DNA of 63,544 nucleotides, counting the filler, from Choristocarpus tenellus KU-1152 (Eukaryota > Protista > Phaeophyceae), in NCBI GenBank assembly GCA_964200185.2. It is 5 parts of 5 records of this genome, joined end to end, with 100 filler letters (N's around TTAATTAATTAA, not from the genome) between each part and the next. Parts side by side here need not be neighbours in the genome. Positions count along the whole stretch, not along the records: positions 25,707 to 33,463 come from CAXNAD020005630.1; positions 33,564 to 38,657 come from CAXNAD020011898.1; 3 more parts are not named here. One strand, written 5' to 3'. Shown piece by piece: positions 25,707-38,757 of this stretch. The translations under genes were made by a program, and so were the position numbers. A model generated the notes under the pieces. It searched no databases and was not told the origin of the DNA. It saw only the letters and a list, made by a program, of their open reading frames with translations. Each line of letters starts with the position of its first letter. The first letter of the stretch is position 1.

Positions 25707-28700
25707 CCCATAGCATCGTTTAAGGTCGTTGGATTTGAGTTGTACATCCTGGAAGGTGAGCATTGAGGGGCGCCTGTAACAGAAAGTGCTCATGTGGAAG
25801 TGCCGCATGGATTTGCATTTTGAGAGCATGCATCCACAAGACATTGGCGGCAATGAGCATGATGCCTTTCTAATCGAGTACACCCCAAGTGCTGAAGAGA
25901 CTGAATTGGTCAATGATGATAACAGGATGGGTATCAGTGGCACAGCTTAGAACACCCACATCACAATGGAAACAAAAGTTCAGTGTACTGTAGGCAGAGG
26001 TGGCATACAGATTAACCTCCTGTAGGAGATTGTTCCGAGATGGTTTCAGCCACGAACAAGGATGTTCCTTTGAGGCTGGCAGTATAATTACCCTGCAAAC
26101 AAACGGCCCACGAAGTCAACCTGGAAATTATGTGGTGTTGTTCGTATGCTATTATTGTGGATGGAGCAACCTACCTCAACCCACCAGTGCATGATACTAT
26201 ATACAGCTGCAACCTTACTATACACACCTAGATGTACCTTAGTTTGATCGTTGATCCTGTTTGGCGTAATGTATGCCTGACCTTGCTGAGACCGGACTCC
26301 AATGACTCCAAGTCCATACAATACTACAAGCTACTGTGTCCTTCCCACCATTCCTGAAATTGTTGTACTGCCTCCACCGTACATTTCCTTGGTTTAGAGA
26401 AAGGGGTTTACTCCCCCAGGCCTTCTTGCTGCAAACGTTTTAAATCTGCAGTTCTTATCTCCCTCTAGGCAAAACTATATTTCTAAAGCTCTGGAGATAC
26501 AAGAAATCACCCTCCTGTGCTTCAGTGACAAGGATGGGAAGACCACCTACAGAATATCTGAAACACTCCAACCTGCTTTGCGCCAGCCTCTGTAGTATCT
26601 CGAGCAGCTTGACTAAGGACGGTGATGGCGCTCTATAGCGCCATATTGGGCTTCATTGCGGTACAGAGTGACCTGTGGAACAACGCACCACGTTCCTACG
26701 GAGACTGGATGGGGGACAGTGTCCAGATACTCTTGTGCTTGGGGGCAAGTAGTAAAAAGATACGTGCATCAACGGGGATCATGGTTTCCATATGCTTCCT
26801 CCACTTTTCTACTACCCCTGTGTAGTGTGTTGACTGATTGGGTTGCGCTCAGACCTTCAAATTTCCAAAATTATCTGCAGTTACAAAGGAAGCAATCACC
26901 CCCTTGATGTCCATAGATGCAACCAAAAATCTACTACAAATGACGACTGCTCTACCTGAACAGGTGGTTGGGACTCCTCTTCTGATGGAGCTGCCCAGTG
27001 ACAACTGTCTTGGGGCTCATCACATCACTGCTGGTGGGGCCTTGACCTGCAGTATCTCCCCAATCCTCAACATCTATGGCAACAGCCATACTGATGCTGC
27101 CTGTGCTGCCGTCCTCAGCCATTATGTGAATAAAACCTTGCACTAGTTGACAGACTCGAAATTTCTCAGTGTTAGTTTCATTGTCTTGATGGTGTTTGGT
27201 ATGTGATGGCAATAAAGGCATTGCGTATTGTTGTCCAGAGTATCCAATTCTTGGGAGTATTGGGCAATATTTCATTTATCTACTGAGTATGTATTAATAG
27301 TATGTATCAATTAGATGGCATCGCATGGAACATGGTGGTGTTAATAATTATTGCTGGTAGGAGCCACAGATGTCAAACATGGCACCATGCACACAGAGTA
27401 CACCTGCAAATCCTCAGCTTAGGTGTCAATGTGGAATCAAATTAAGGGGGAAAAAAGAGGATGGATGAAGAAGCCTTGCCAAGAGTTTGCTTGAAAACAA
27501 TTCTACATACTGTATATTATGTCTATGATAGTGGTAATAACTTATCATGAAGCTATAGTTCATGCCAAGCAACAAATTATACTGAGAGATTGGAGATTGC
27601 TGCAGATTGAGGTGGGGTTGGCAGGTTGGTATGACTTACCCCTCTGGTGGTATAATATGAACCTGTCATAACTTCATTAGCGCTGTGAGTCGCAGCGATT
27701 GAATTGGTCTGATTCCATTATATCGCGGTTTAATCGAAACCGAAAATCTTGGGACCGTTTGTTTTTTCTTCCCTTGAATATTTTGAGAACAAGGAAGCCC
27801 CCAGCCAAGGACACAATTGCTTCCTACATTCAGCGTTGGTTCAAACGGTTGTGGGGCAGGTTACAAGTGACCGAGATGTTATCGAATTTTCATTGATTTT
27901 TGTGGGGGAGTTTCACAAACCCATTATAAGGCTGCAAAAATATCTCAGTAAAATCCGACTTAGTCTACCTTTCATACGCCACCCCTAGCAAAGCGCCGCA
28001 AGACAGCAAAGCGCCGCAAGAAACGCCTTCCTACTGAGTTTTTTTTCTGCACCACAAATTGTTCGAACTGACGCTTAAAGAGGAAGTACAGTAATCAATG
28101 GCTGACCGTTGTGTTTGGCCCAATGGAGCATCATGCCTTGACTGGGAGAGGTATTTGACTGCCCTCACTCTACATGTTTCTTCACCTTGTGACGCATCCG
28201 AGTGTTGAAAAGCCCAAGGAATTATCCAGGCTAGAAAACCAGGCAGCTGTGCTGTCATCCTGGAAGGCCAGGGAAGGGGTTGAGATTTTGCAGTGGGTGA
28301 GAAGAGTAACTCAACCGCATTTTCAGTTGCTTCAAATAAAAAAACTTAAAACTTTCGACAGTACAGCTGTACACTCAACGACACAAACACCTTAAGTTTT
28401 GCATATCTAGGACTGTATAATAAACCATGAACGAATGTGCCCGTGTATGCTGAAGACGGTGAGGTTAGGTAGCTACACCAGTATGACGTCCATCCGTCTG
28501 TAGGATATGCCCTTCGACCCTGTGGAGAATGATGGAAAGGAGGGGGAAGGGTCAGATAAGACGTAGAACCTACCTTGAAAGCAGACAACATCGAATCACC
28601 AATGGTTAAGATGGGCGTTTTGCTGGAGGAAGATCACTGTATCACGATCCACCATTGCATAGAGCTACGTTTGGAGTTTGTCGTCGGTATTGCGTGAGAC

Positions 28701-28735
28701 GGGTAAGGGGCAAAAGAAGTAATGAAATCAGCTCA

Positions 28736-29007
28736 GACCCAAAGCATTTAAGAGGGTAGGGGTAGGGCCGCATCCGTTTGGGATCATAAATTCGATGTTG
28801 AGATTGATGAATTTTGGCTATTGTTTTGTTAGCAAGTGCCAATATCCTTGCTCCGCACACACCTTTCATAGTCATACTCCAAAATGCTTCGGAGTAGGTA
28901 ACCGTGCTCACACAGAAAACCGAAAAAGAGCATTAAAAAAAAGTGGGAAGCCAAGCCCCAAACGGACAAAAAGGTCAAAACTCCTACCCTCTTAAATGCT
29001 TTGCGTC
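28736..29007. mobile_element. MITE family, TIR subtype B, copy 4
   Basis: GACCCAAAGCATTTAAGAGGGTAG...CTACCCTCTTAAATGCTTTGCGTC; TCA/TCA TSD. Confidence 0.88.
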
Positions 29008-30979
29008 TCAGGCAACTGTTGCCACCTATTCAAAATCCAGCCAGCACCAAAAGTGCTTGGAAGAGATATGCAGGATGTAATACAAACTAGTTGGCGATAC
29101 ACTTATTATCCCATGGTGGACTCTTTCCTGCATCTCAAACCTGCCATCATTCGTCAAGATAACATGATTGATAGCCACCCGCAACCTATTTTGATATTTG
29201 AATAGGAGGTAAGCAGTTGGAATAGTAAAACAGAAAATTGGAAATGCCTCTATAGGAGGAATGAAGTGTAGGAGTTACCTGTCACCTGTCAAACTTCTTG
29301 ACAAATACTGTATGCAATGTCTTAGGCGTTGCATGTTGATATCTATCACAGTGTCTCTAATTGTTCCCATTATCTTTTATCTATGAGTGAAGCTGGAGAA
29401 GCAATGCAAGCCTGCAGCGCCTTCAAAGCCACCACCCCTGGACAGTTGAAATCGAAAAATGCTGTATGCCAGCGTGCAAGTGCAATGTTGGTATCTGATC
29501 CGCTTTGGCACAGGGAGAAATATTGCCCAGTACGTTGAGGGTGAGAACAGGCAGACCAGAGAAAGTAAGTGGAAGCAGGTCCTGGCTACTTGTCTGGATC
29601 CCACAACCAGAATCCTTCGGGGATTCCAGAGAATGAGGATGAAGACATTTGTAAGCAGGTGGAGTTTAAAGTTCTAGGCATTGTGGAGGAGGAGTACAGA
29701 GCACAGGAGACAGAGAACAGTCCAGTGTTGGAACCAAGCCCACGCCCACATACTGTCCATCTTGCGCGGGGGCAGCCCTCCCAGAAATGACACAAAAAGG
29801 GGTTCATGAGAGCTTCCCTTACTGTGTTTGTGCGGAGATTGATACCTTAAAGGTTGGAGGAGGAGGGCTCTCAACAATTGATATGGACAACAGCAGAGCT
29901 TATAGCAACACACTCAAAGTGGTGGCAGGAAAGGAGCTCAAGATTTCCATGCCTGACCAAAATTGCCCATCGCATTTTGACCACTAACAGAAAAAAAAAA
30001 CTCCACTAAAAAAAAAACATAACACATTATCCCAGTCAATTTTGGGTCAAGCCCATTCTCAATGAAAAGCTCCATCCTCAATTTTTGAAATCGGCTGTTC
30101 ACTCCTGCTACACAAGCAGACTCAGAGTGCATGTTCTCGTCACCTGAGAATATTGCGAACAAAAAACGACTAGGCTGGACTGGGGTTATGTGCAGCTCCT
30201 TGTCTTCCTTAGAAACACCTGGATAAAGTGGATGCATGGGAGGCTGCCAAGAAAAGTGGCACAAAGTGCACCACTGAAACAGCAACAATGTGTTGCCAGA
30301 AAAAAATGTATCAATATCTCATTCCATGATATCCTGATAACTTATCAGTCCCTTGTGCAAAATGTACATGATACATCTAAAAGCTTCTCAGGCATCACAT
30401 CAAAGTGTATCTAGTACCAACAGTGGGGGAAAAGAGGACGGAAATGAAGAGTACATGAAGAAAATTTCGCCTCCAGTGGGGCAAGTCAATAGTCGGGGGG
30501 GATCATTTGACTCATGGTGCTGCGTCGGTGCTCGGTCGAGCAAAGTGCAAGCTATGATTATTATCGAGTACATCGGAATTTACCGAGTCGACTAACTCAC
30601 TCACGAATCATTCCGATTCACAACATTAAACTTCATCGGTTTCTCTTAAACTCGTATGTCGTGCCACCCACTTCATAACCTCTCTTCTTCAAGTTCAAAT
30701 TGTGAAGAGTGTATGCGGCCATCATGTGAAGAAGGATCTGTTTCTAGAATGATGGTTGTCAAAAACGACCCGGGGTCATTGAGGACCAGCACAGTCATGG
30801 TAGCCTTGCTGTGTGGCAAAAAATTGGAAAAAATATGTTTCGGGATAAATAATTCAAGATAAAAATAAAATATACCTACGTTAAGATGTGATAGATGCTT
30901 TTATCTATGCGTACGGCAAAGTATGCAAGAAAAATTGTCTAAACTAAAACTAAGCGAGAAGCTTATCATCCAAAAGCAT

Positions 30980-31300
30980 TAGGGAAGGTTGATGATCCAG
31001 AACACAAGAATGACCAATTCCAACCAACACAGCATGGAAAAGATACTAAAAAGACACTCAAAAATATCATCTGGAAGAAATGGGACCACCATTAAAAATA
31101 GATACTGGGGTCTCACCCAGGAAACCCTAATCCTACTACAACAACAACATGCTAAAAGCCCCTGCAGCAATCCAGAACCCACTTTTATCCTCTTGCGCAT
31201 TTAATTCCATCAATGTTTCACTTGCTTGCAAACCAACATCACTGCTTGAGTCCTGTACACCCTGTATGCAACTCCATCTATCAACCACTTTTTGGCAACA
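30980..31300 (+). mobile_element. Decayed LINE reverse-transcriptase C-terminal relic
   Basis: RYWGLTQETLILL resembles the WG...ETL..LY motif of APE-type LINEs; frameshifted. Confidence 0.35.
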
Positions 31301-31629
31301 ATAATTTTTTATGTGAGCCAAACTGCTACATCCAATAATGAGAAGCTCATGCTATCCAATCAACAGGACTTTCGTATGTAACGAATGACTATTCTCGCTA
31401 CATAATAAAAGGTTTCGGAGAACCTACATCCAATGTCTTGAGCTGAAGGGTTGGGCTTCCAATACATGTCAGATGCAATGATGGTCATGGCTCCACATAT
31501 ATGATGACTTACCCTTCCTCTCGCCTCTACCAATCAATATACAAGTTTTAAAAAATGCTATAATCAACAAACCAACATGAACTTTGACCAAACATATCCA
31601 AAACAGTTATCACGTTACCACTGCTCCTG

Positions 31630-33463
31630 TCACATTCGCTCCCCATATCTCTCCTCATTGTCCTCATCTACAACCTGATTGTTACGAGGATCAACCTCCC
31701 GCACAGCCCTCAGAGAGCTTCCACGTTGAATGGGGTGATTGGGAACTGGATGGGGTAGGGTATACCACCCTACACGAGCACCCACAAGAGGATGCTCATA
31801 AGGTGGGGGGTGCAGAGATTGAGAAGTCACACTCTCAATCCCCCGTAATGGTGACTCTGGGGACGTCCCTAATGGGACCCCACCCCGCCCAACAGCATCT
31901 GGTTTGGGCTGCTGCAAGTAAGACTCAGTCCCTGCATGATGATCCTGGTGTGCTCTCGCTGAGCCTTCTGGACCATTACGTATGGTCCTTTGGAAAGATC
32001 TTCCAGCTGCAGCTGTAGCAGTGCCATCAGTAACTGGAGTTAGTTGTTGCTGTTTCTTTGGTGCTATGTTGGGTGGGGCATGGGCAGCATGGCTCCACTG
32101 TGGAGAGTAAGCTGTGGTACCTGAGCCCTGCTTCCCCTGTCGCAGGTCCAACCCAGTTGTCCTCCTATTCATCATCCCTGACGGTAGCATAAGTGTAGAT
32201 GATGGGCGCACAGCCCCTGTTTGTCCTGCCTCTGCTTCTGGCGTCCCTTCCCTCTGTGTTGCACTTGTTGTGCCAATCTTCCTCTCTCCCCGAATTGACT
32301 GTGATGAGGATGAGTACCAGCCCTTTGTCCTCTTCCCCTCCTCTTCTCCCTGCCAGTGAGACAAACCTTCCTCTTGTTGGTTACGGAATATTGAAGGTAA
32401 GATTGTGCTTGAGTCAGGTTGTGGATCTTTTTCATGCCCTGATAGGCTGCGCAGTGGGGGCAAAAGGGGAGATCTGCTGCTGCCACCCTCTATGACACCG
32501 CCAGTCTTCTCAATGTCATCATTTTTAGACTTCACACTGTCGTCACTACAATGTACTTGTTCCAGTCCAGGAGTGTTCCCCACTATCCTGGGCAATGCAT
32601 AACTTGGTTCACATCTCTGAGAGTTGTACAATGTGTTAGGGTTTGGGGGTGGGTCCACCATGCCTCGGTAAAATCCCTCCATTTGGTGGTGCCCCCCCCC
32701 CTCCCCCCATCATCGCCTTCCACTGGAGATGACCCTGCTGAGAACATGGGATGTGGCACACTCTGCTCAGCTCTGTGGCCTGACGGTTGGTCATGAGGCA
32801 TAGACAGGTGGCTCCAGGGTGGAAGGTAAGATGAAGAGGGCAATGGTAATCCTTGCACGTGTCTTCCCTCTCTGATAGTAAAGGCTGGCCCTATTCCCTT
32901 GTCTCTCCCCCCCACACTGGGGTGTGAGCCACTTCTAGGGGAACTGGGATGGGGTGTGGGGGGGGGGTGAGGGAGAGGGAGGGGGTACCCATAGGTGTAG
33001 TCAGTCCTCTGCTCCGGGTGCCGGGGCATTCTGTGGGGGTCATATCCATCCCAACCATGTATACGAGGGAGGAAAGTCTCCCGCCGAAAAATATCCTGGT
33101 GATGTACATGTGGGAATTTGGGGTAAGAGTGTGTGGGAGTTGGAGGGAGCATGGGACAGCATGTGGCTGAGAAACTCAAGGATACAGCAAGCAATTATTA
33201 CACACAATAGCCCCACCCCCCCCAATGACCAAAGTGTTCTCATTGTACGGGGACCATTGACCTCAACTTTGTTTCAGAATTTGCGCTGTAATTCCTTATC
33301 CATACACAAGTGTTACTCTACTCATCACCTGCTGCCTGCGCTCTGGCCCCAAACCGCCTGAACCCTCCTCGCGTGGGGCATCAACCGCCATCCCCATGAT
33401 GTGTCCAGAACGCCAGGTGCAAGGCTGGGCCAAGCCCCCCCCTCCCACCCCTGGGTGCCCTCC
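31630..33463 (-). CDS. Hypothetical Pro/Gly/Ser-rich disordered protein, 5'-truncated, apparent frameshift in a G-run
   Basis: ORFs 32583-33194 and 31630-32682 join if one extra G is added to the run at 32692-32708; a probable upstream exon lies at about 33323-33463; no recognisable domain. Confidence 0.5.
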
Positions 33464-33563
33464 NNNNNNNNNNNNNNNNNNNNNNNNNNNNNNNNNNNNN
33501 NNNNNNNTTAATTAATTAANNNNNNNNNNNNNNNNNNNNNNNNNNNNNNNNNNNNNNNNNNNN
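33464..33563. other. Artificial contig linker
   Basis: N44-TTAATTAATTAA-N44. Confidence 0.97.
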
Positions 33564-33949
33564 CCAGATACTTTGGGTCCAAACCAGAGAGAAAAATACC
33601 AACACCAGAGGGGTACAGTAGTAGTGGTAGTCATCAGGCAGCAGGGACTGGGTCTGAGCCTTGATTTTCTTGAGCTATCATACCTGCTACTTGAACATGG
33701 TGTAAGTCAGCTAATGTCTCTCTGTGGTGCAATTCAATCATGAAATACTTCGCACACATCAGACACATATACATACCACTCATCTTGGTGTTATATTTTT
33801 TGCCATGGTCCTCTGTTCTTCAGTTATCACCCCACATTTCTTGAAATCATATTGCGTGCACATCCACCACTGGTCTCCTGTCCACCTGGTTTACATTTTC
33901 CACCTGTTATCTCCAAAAATATCATTATCTTCGGAAGTATCTCATTCTC

Positions 33950-34460
33950 CATAAGTGCAAACCAATTCAATCCTGTGAACAAAAGCCTCCGCTTCCACAC
34001 AGTTGATTCAGTACTGTCACCGCCAGTCTTCACAAGGGCATCCCTGCAGGACGTTTTGTGGTCAGTACACTCCCACTTGCGGAAGCCAATGGAGCGTAGC
34101 ATGAAAACTATGGTGGTGGAACCTCATCTTGGCACAACGCATCTGGTAGAGTGTTGAAGTGATACAACCATATAACAGGAGTTTCAGTACTTTAACCTTC
34201 AGCATTTTGATCTTGAGCTCAAGCGATACACCACAGGTTCTGTGATTTAGCACTTGACTGTACTTTTGGAAGAAACTCCAGGTCGTTTCAGCCCGTCTCT
34301 ATAGATCACAGCAGTGACATCAGCATCTTCAGTGGTGTTTCCTCCAAGGATAAGCTTGTAGTTTGCTAGTAGGTCTGATCCAAGGCCTTGATCTACATTG
34401 TGATTGCAGCATGATTAGGGAGTCAAATGTACATACTCTCTGTCCTTAGCTCAGACACAG
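33950..34460 (-). mobile_element. RTE-clade LINE relic
   Basis: SLELKIKMLKVKVLKLLLYGCIT matches the RTE L.LK.RML.A.V...LLYGC.TW motif; degenerate. Confidence 0.6.
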
Positions 34461-35221
34461 TCAACTCAGAAGTCTCCAGGTCCCTTGGTGACGGAGGGAG
34501 TTATCCATTTCAACATTTACGATATGCACTCATCAGCAAGTGACCGCTTAAGACAGATGGAGAACGCCCTAAAACCAAGATTCATATTGTCATATAGAGT
34601 GAACATCGGGGGATGCCCACCTGAGTCGCCAGGGTGAACTGCGTCGTGCGGCCTGGTCAAAAATGGACGCCGCCCCCTGCCCCCTCAGATACTTTGACCC
34701 ACCTTTTGTGTTAATCATTTCGCGGGCACCTTGTAGGTCATCGATGTTGAATGGTACCTTTGCGGTCAGAATCCCCTTCCCACCGTATACCACTGTCGGG
34801 GTCCACAACACAACTATTCTTGGGTTTTGCAGCGCTTCCTAAGTGTTAAGATGGTCTCTAACTATTGCTCTCAAACGTTTCGGCAACTGTCTTCATACCA
34901 ACGTGCAATAAGGAGCATTTTGCTGCGCTGAAGAGGCTCCGTATTTCAACCAGCGTCATATTCTTTCTTTTGATAATCATCAGACATCATTTGAGCAGTG
35001 TTTGCACCTGAGGTGTGAATGGAAGGGCTCTGACTGGGGATTTCAAAATTGAGGTCTCGGTTTCACCCTTCTTCACGTCATCTGCGTTCCCTAAAATGCA
35101 GTAACCTCAGTCATTACCATTGCACAAGTAAGGTATGAATATCGTTAGATCAATACACAAAGTGTCTGTAATATCTCTCAAACTGGTAAGAGTCTATCAC
35201 TTGTTCATATATGTATTATTT

Positions 35222-36030
35222 TTATTATTATGCCCTCTGACACAATTTGTATATATATTAGGGGGAAAACCATTGGAAACCATTAAAATGTCAGAACAAC
35301 CCCCAAAAAGTAACAATTGTCGTAAATGTGAAAGACAATTTTTCTATCTCATCTATTTACTGTTTTGCTACGAGCTATGCTACACTGCTGCCCTCCTATG
35401 CCTCCAACCTAGCTTAGTCTTGCACCCCAGGGTGAGGAGCTAGGGAAGCATCCTAAGAATCTAACAAGCCCCTACTTGCCCATTTCCCTGGCGTCTCCAG
35501 CTTAAAACGCATGACACGTTTAGATAGGGCTACTTGTGTTATGGCAGATACTATCTTGTCATAGACAGGATTTGACAGCCCCTTTACTGCTGTAGCCTCT
35601 CGCACCTCTCCCCCCCCACTGCTTGCGTAGCTAACTCATCCAGAACTGTTCACCATGAGGGTGTTGATATTATAACTACGAGGGTCAAAAGAACCCTCAT
35701 AGTGGGTGCACTTTCGCGCCTCCACTGCAGCAGCAGCTACACCATTGCTAGTGGAAGAGTGTGGTAGCTGAGATAATGCCTGCGTTTCTGCAAACGTAAC
35801 ATTTAGAAGGAGGCCTTTGTCCTGGCAGAGAGCTTATCCAGCGTCCACAAGTGTCCCAGAATGGAAGACTAGATCCATGCGGAAATTCCGATCCACTGTG
35901 AATGGGCTGCCCTCGTCAATAGTGCAAGGGATGCCCATCCCTTTAAAGAGTTGGCCTAGACGCTTCACCATCGGCGTGTGTTGGCGAACCTATCGTTCTG
36001 CCCTAGCACAGGTACGTACATGTGTTGAAT
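35222..36030 (-). mobile_element. CRE-like (RLE) non-LTR retrotransposon, 5'-truncated copy with (TAA)n tail
   Basis: THVRTC...RQH (zinc-knuckle remnant), FRMDLVF, LLLNVT, EARKCTHYEG; 3'UTR homologous to 22522-22700. Confidence 0.75.
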
Positions 36031-36574
36031 CTACATTTTCCTATTATTATTATTATTATATCCACGTATTGTGGTTATTGTTGGATTGTACGTTATGAAA
36101 ATAGGGTTGGTGAAAAAGATGTGTTTTTTTAACTGACCAATTAGAGTGCGCTCTTCACGGGAGTGAAATCGGTCTGAAAAGGCGTTGAAATGTGTAGTTA
36201 TACACCACAAACAAACAAACCAGAGTATTAGTACTACTAATAATGGAGTTTATATTGATACATACACTACATTTTGGAATACACCAATAATATTGCAAAG
36301 AATATGTATACATCTAATACTTATGTGGAGAATATAGAGGCAGTGGTACAACATAAATAGGAGTGAATAAACAAATAGATTTAAGTGTTTCAGCAAAATG
36401 AAATTCACTATCAGAAAGTTTTATCTATCGCCCCATGTTCTGTCCGTAGTGTTCTTCATTACCAAAAGTGATGAAATTTTTCATTCTGTTTTGCTCCCGA
36501 GTTCTGGATTATTATTATTTTATTCTATGTTTGCATTCCACCCATTCCCCTCCTCCCCATTGTACCACCACTTG

Positions 36575-36962
36575 TGACCAAACAGTGCAAACCCCTTTCG
36601 CAATTGATTTCCAGCCACCGTCCATCTCTTATGACTAACCAGTGCGAACCCCCTTCGCTATTGATTTCCTGTCACCCCCCACATCTGATGACCAACAAGT
36701 GCGACCCCTTTGCCATTGATTTCCAGTCACCCCCCTTTTGCGATGACCAACCAGTGCAAACCCCCGCCACTGATTTCCAGTCACCCCTCCCCCATGCGAT
36801 GACTAACCAATGCGAACTCATCTTGCCATTGATTTCCAGCCACTGCCCATCTCCGATGACTAACCAGTGTGAAACCCCCTTCACCACTGATTTCCAGCCA
36901 TTCCCCACATCTTATAACCAAGCAGTGCAACTCCTTTGCCACTGATTTCCCGTCACCACCCC
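36575..36962. repeat. Minisatellite, about 56-57-bp unit x7
   Basis: Unit TGACYAACCAGTGCRAACCCC..GCCAYTGATTTCCAGYCACC.. Confidence 0.9.
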
Positions 36963-38379
36963 ACCCTTCAACCCCCCTCAATCCCACACCAGTTATCACT
37001 CCACTCAACCCCACTCCACAATCATCCAAGAACAGCCCTTCCTCATCCACTTCATACCGTGCCTTGGAACTAGAAGACATCTACCCTGCCCGAACTTGAC
37101 CTCCCCTCCCTTTACCCAGCATCGCAATCGGTCGTGAGCAAGCAACAGGGTGGGTGGGCGGGAAAGCTTGCTCAGAGGTTGTCTTGTTCTAGCCCCTCCT
37201 CGTCGTCTTGTACCACCAGGCTCTCAGTTTCCTTTACATACTGACCATTCCTTCCTACCTTGTGACTCCACCTACCAACCACTTCTTTAACTTCTCTCCT
37301 AAGCCTCCTAATCACTCAGTACTTAACTCTTCGTTCACCTCTTGCCTAATTTTTATTTTTTCCTTCCTCACCTCTCCCTCCCCTATAGCACATTGCCACC
37401 AGAATTATTCCGCCCAAAAAACTCAGATTACTTCATAACCTTTCCCTTCTAGTTCGAAACAATAGTGAAAAGCATTATGACCTCGGTAAGACCCTCGGGG
37501 CAACACTCAAAGGTTCGATCATCTCATAGAGGAATTATCCAATCGAAGCGACTAATTTACACCTGTTTTAGCCAACCAAAATGCTACAAAAGCTGCACTG
37601 TACAAGGACAAGACTCACAATGGTTTGGGAGCGATGGGAGATGCAGTGTTATGTTTGCTAGCATGCTACACCCTTTCGCTGCCTCGGCCGAAACACCGAT
37701 CGTTAGGCAGGAACTAGGACTACCTCGCCAGAACAGGACGTCCATGCACGATGAGGTATCAAGTCAAACTTCGTTGCCACACCAAGAGGTTGTCGACAGT
37801 GTACTGGCAACCCTCGCACTAATGCTTCAACCTGTTTAAACCCAGAACTCCTCGCCCGCTATCTGTGCTGGCTTAAACAAATATCCCGCTTCAGTTCCTG
37901 CGAAATACGGACCTCGTTTATTCCAAGAAGCAATGCATCAAAACCCGTTCGACCAGTCACATCCATTCCCAGCCTGTGCTTCGATCTCCACTTGCTTTAG
38001 CCACAGACAGGACGATCGATAGAAATCGACACCATTCGGACAAAGACCTGCCTCCATCTCTCAATCCACTGGGGAATGTCCAGGGAAGGGTCGAAATAGA
38101 CGGAAGCTAACACAAACACGGGCTAAGGCAGACTGCTCTTTCGTCACGGGGGTCCCACTAACCGTACTGAAAATTGTTTGAATATGCCCGTCACCTTCGG
38201 GTGGCGTTTCTTGTTTTCTACATTTTTTCTTTCTGATAGTCAATTCATTTTGAGCAATCTGATTTTCGTAGCGGATTTTCTTATTGTTGTTTGACAAAAT
38301 AGAAAAATGTATTTTATTTTGAGCAAACTCTCTATTAGTGTTTTTCACATTTGAAACATATTTCTTTAAGGGGTTTTAT

Positions 38380-38450
38380 ACTGACATGTGAACAGTTTTC
38401 ATTGGTTTCCCCTCTGATATTTTCCAGATGTATCAGAGGACACAATAATA
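38380..38450 (+). mobile_element. Short CRE-like 3'-end fragment
   Basis: gttttcattggtttcccctctgata...cagaggacacaataata, homologous to the tail sequence; another relic near 42114-42150. Confidence 0.5.
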
Positions 38451-38657
38451 TATCTAGGCGCAGTAGTTATGTGAATAATATCGCTACATATTATTATATA
38501 CTCATGTGGAAAGCATGTTTGTCTGTTATTTGTTTGTTATTATACGCTCGTATGCCATATACCGTTATACCGTGGTACCGAGTGAGGTTCCCAGTCAAGA
38601 GTCCATGATTTCACTGACGGACTTTTTCCGTTAGAATGAAACCATGGAAGTTCTTCA

Positions 38658-38757
38658 NNNNNNNNNNNNNNNNNNNNNNNNNNNNNNNNNNNNNNNNNNN
38701 NTTAATTAATTAANNNNNNNNNNNNNNNNNNNNNNNNNNNNNNNNNNNNNNNNNNNN
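38658..38757. other. Artificial contig linker
   Basis: N run-TTAATTAATTAA-N run. Confidence 0.97.

Noticed and set aside
25707-27150. hAT transposase remnant (KFPKLSAV...)
   Set aside because: Only one weak motif; too degenerate to support
36575-36962. CRISPR array
   Set aside because: Eukaryotic context, homologous rather than unique spacers, no cas genes
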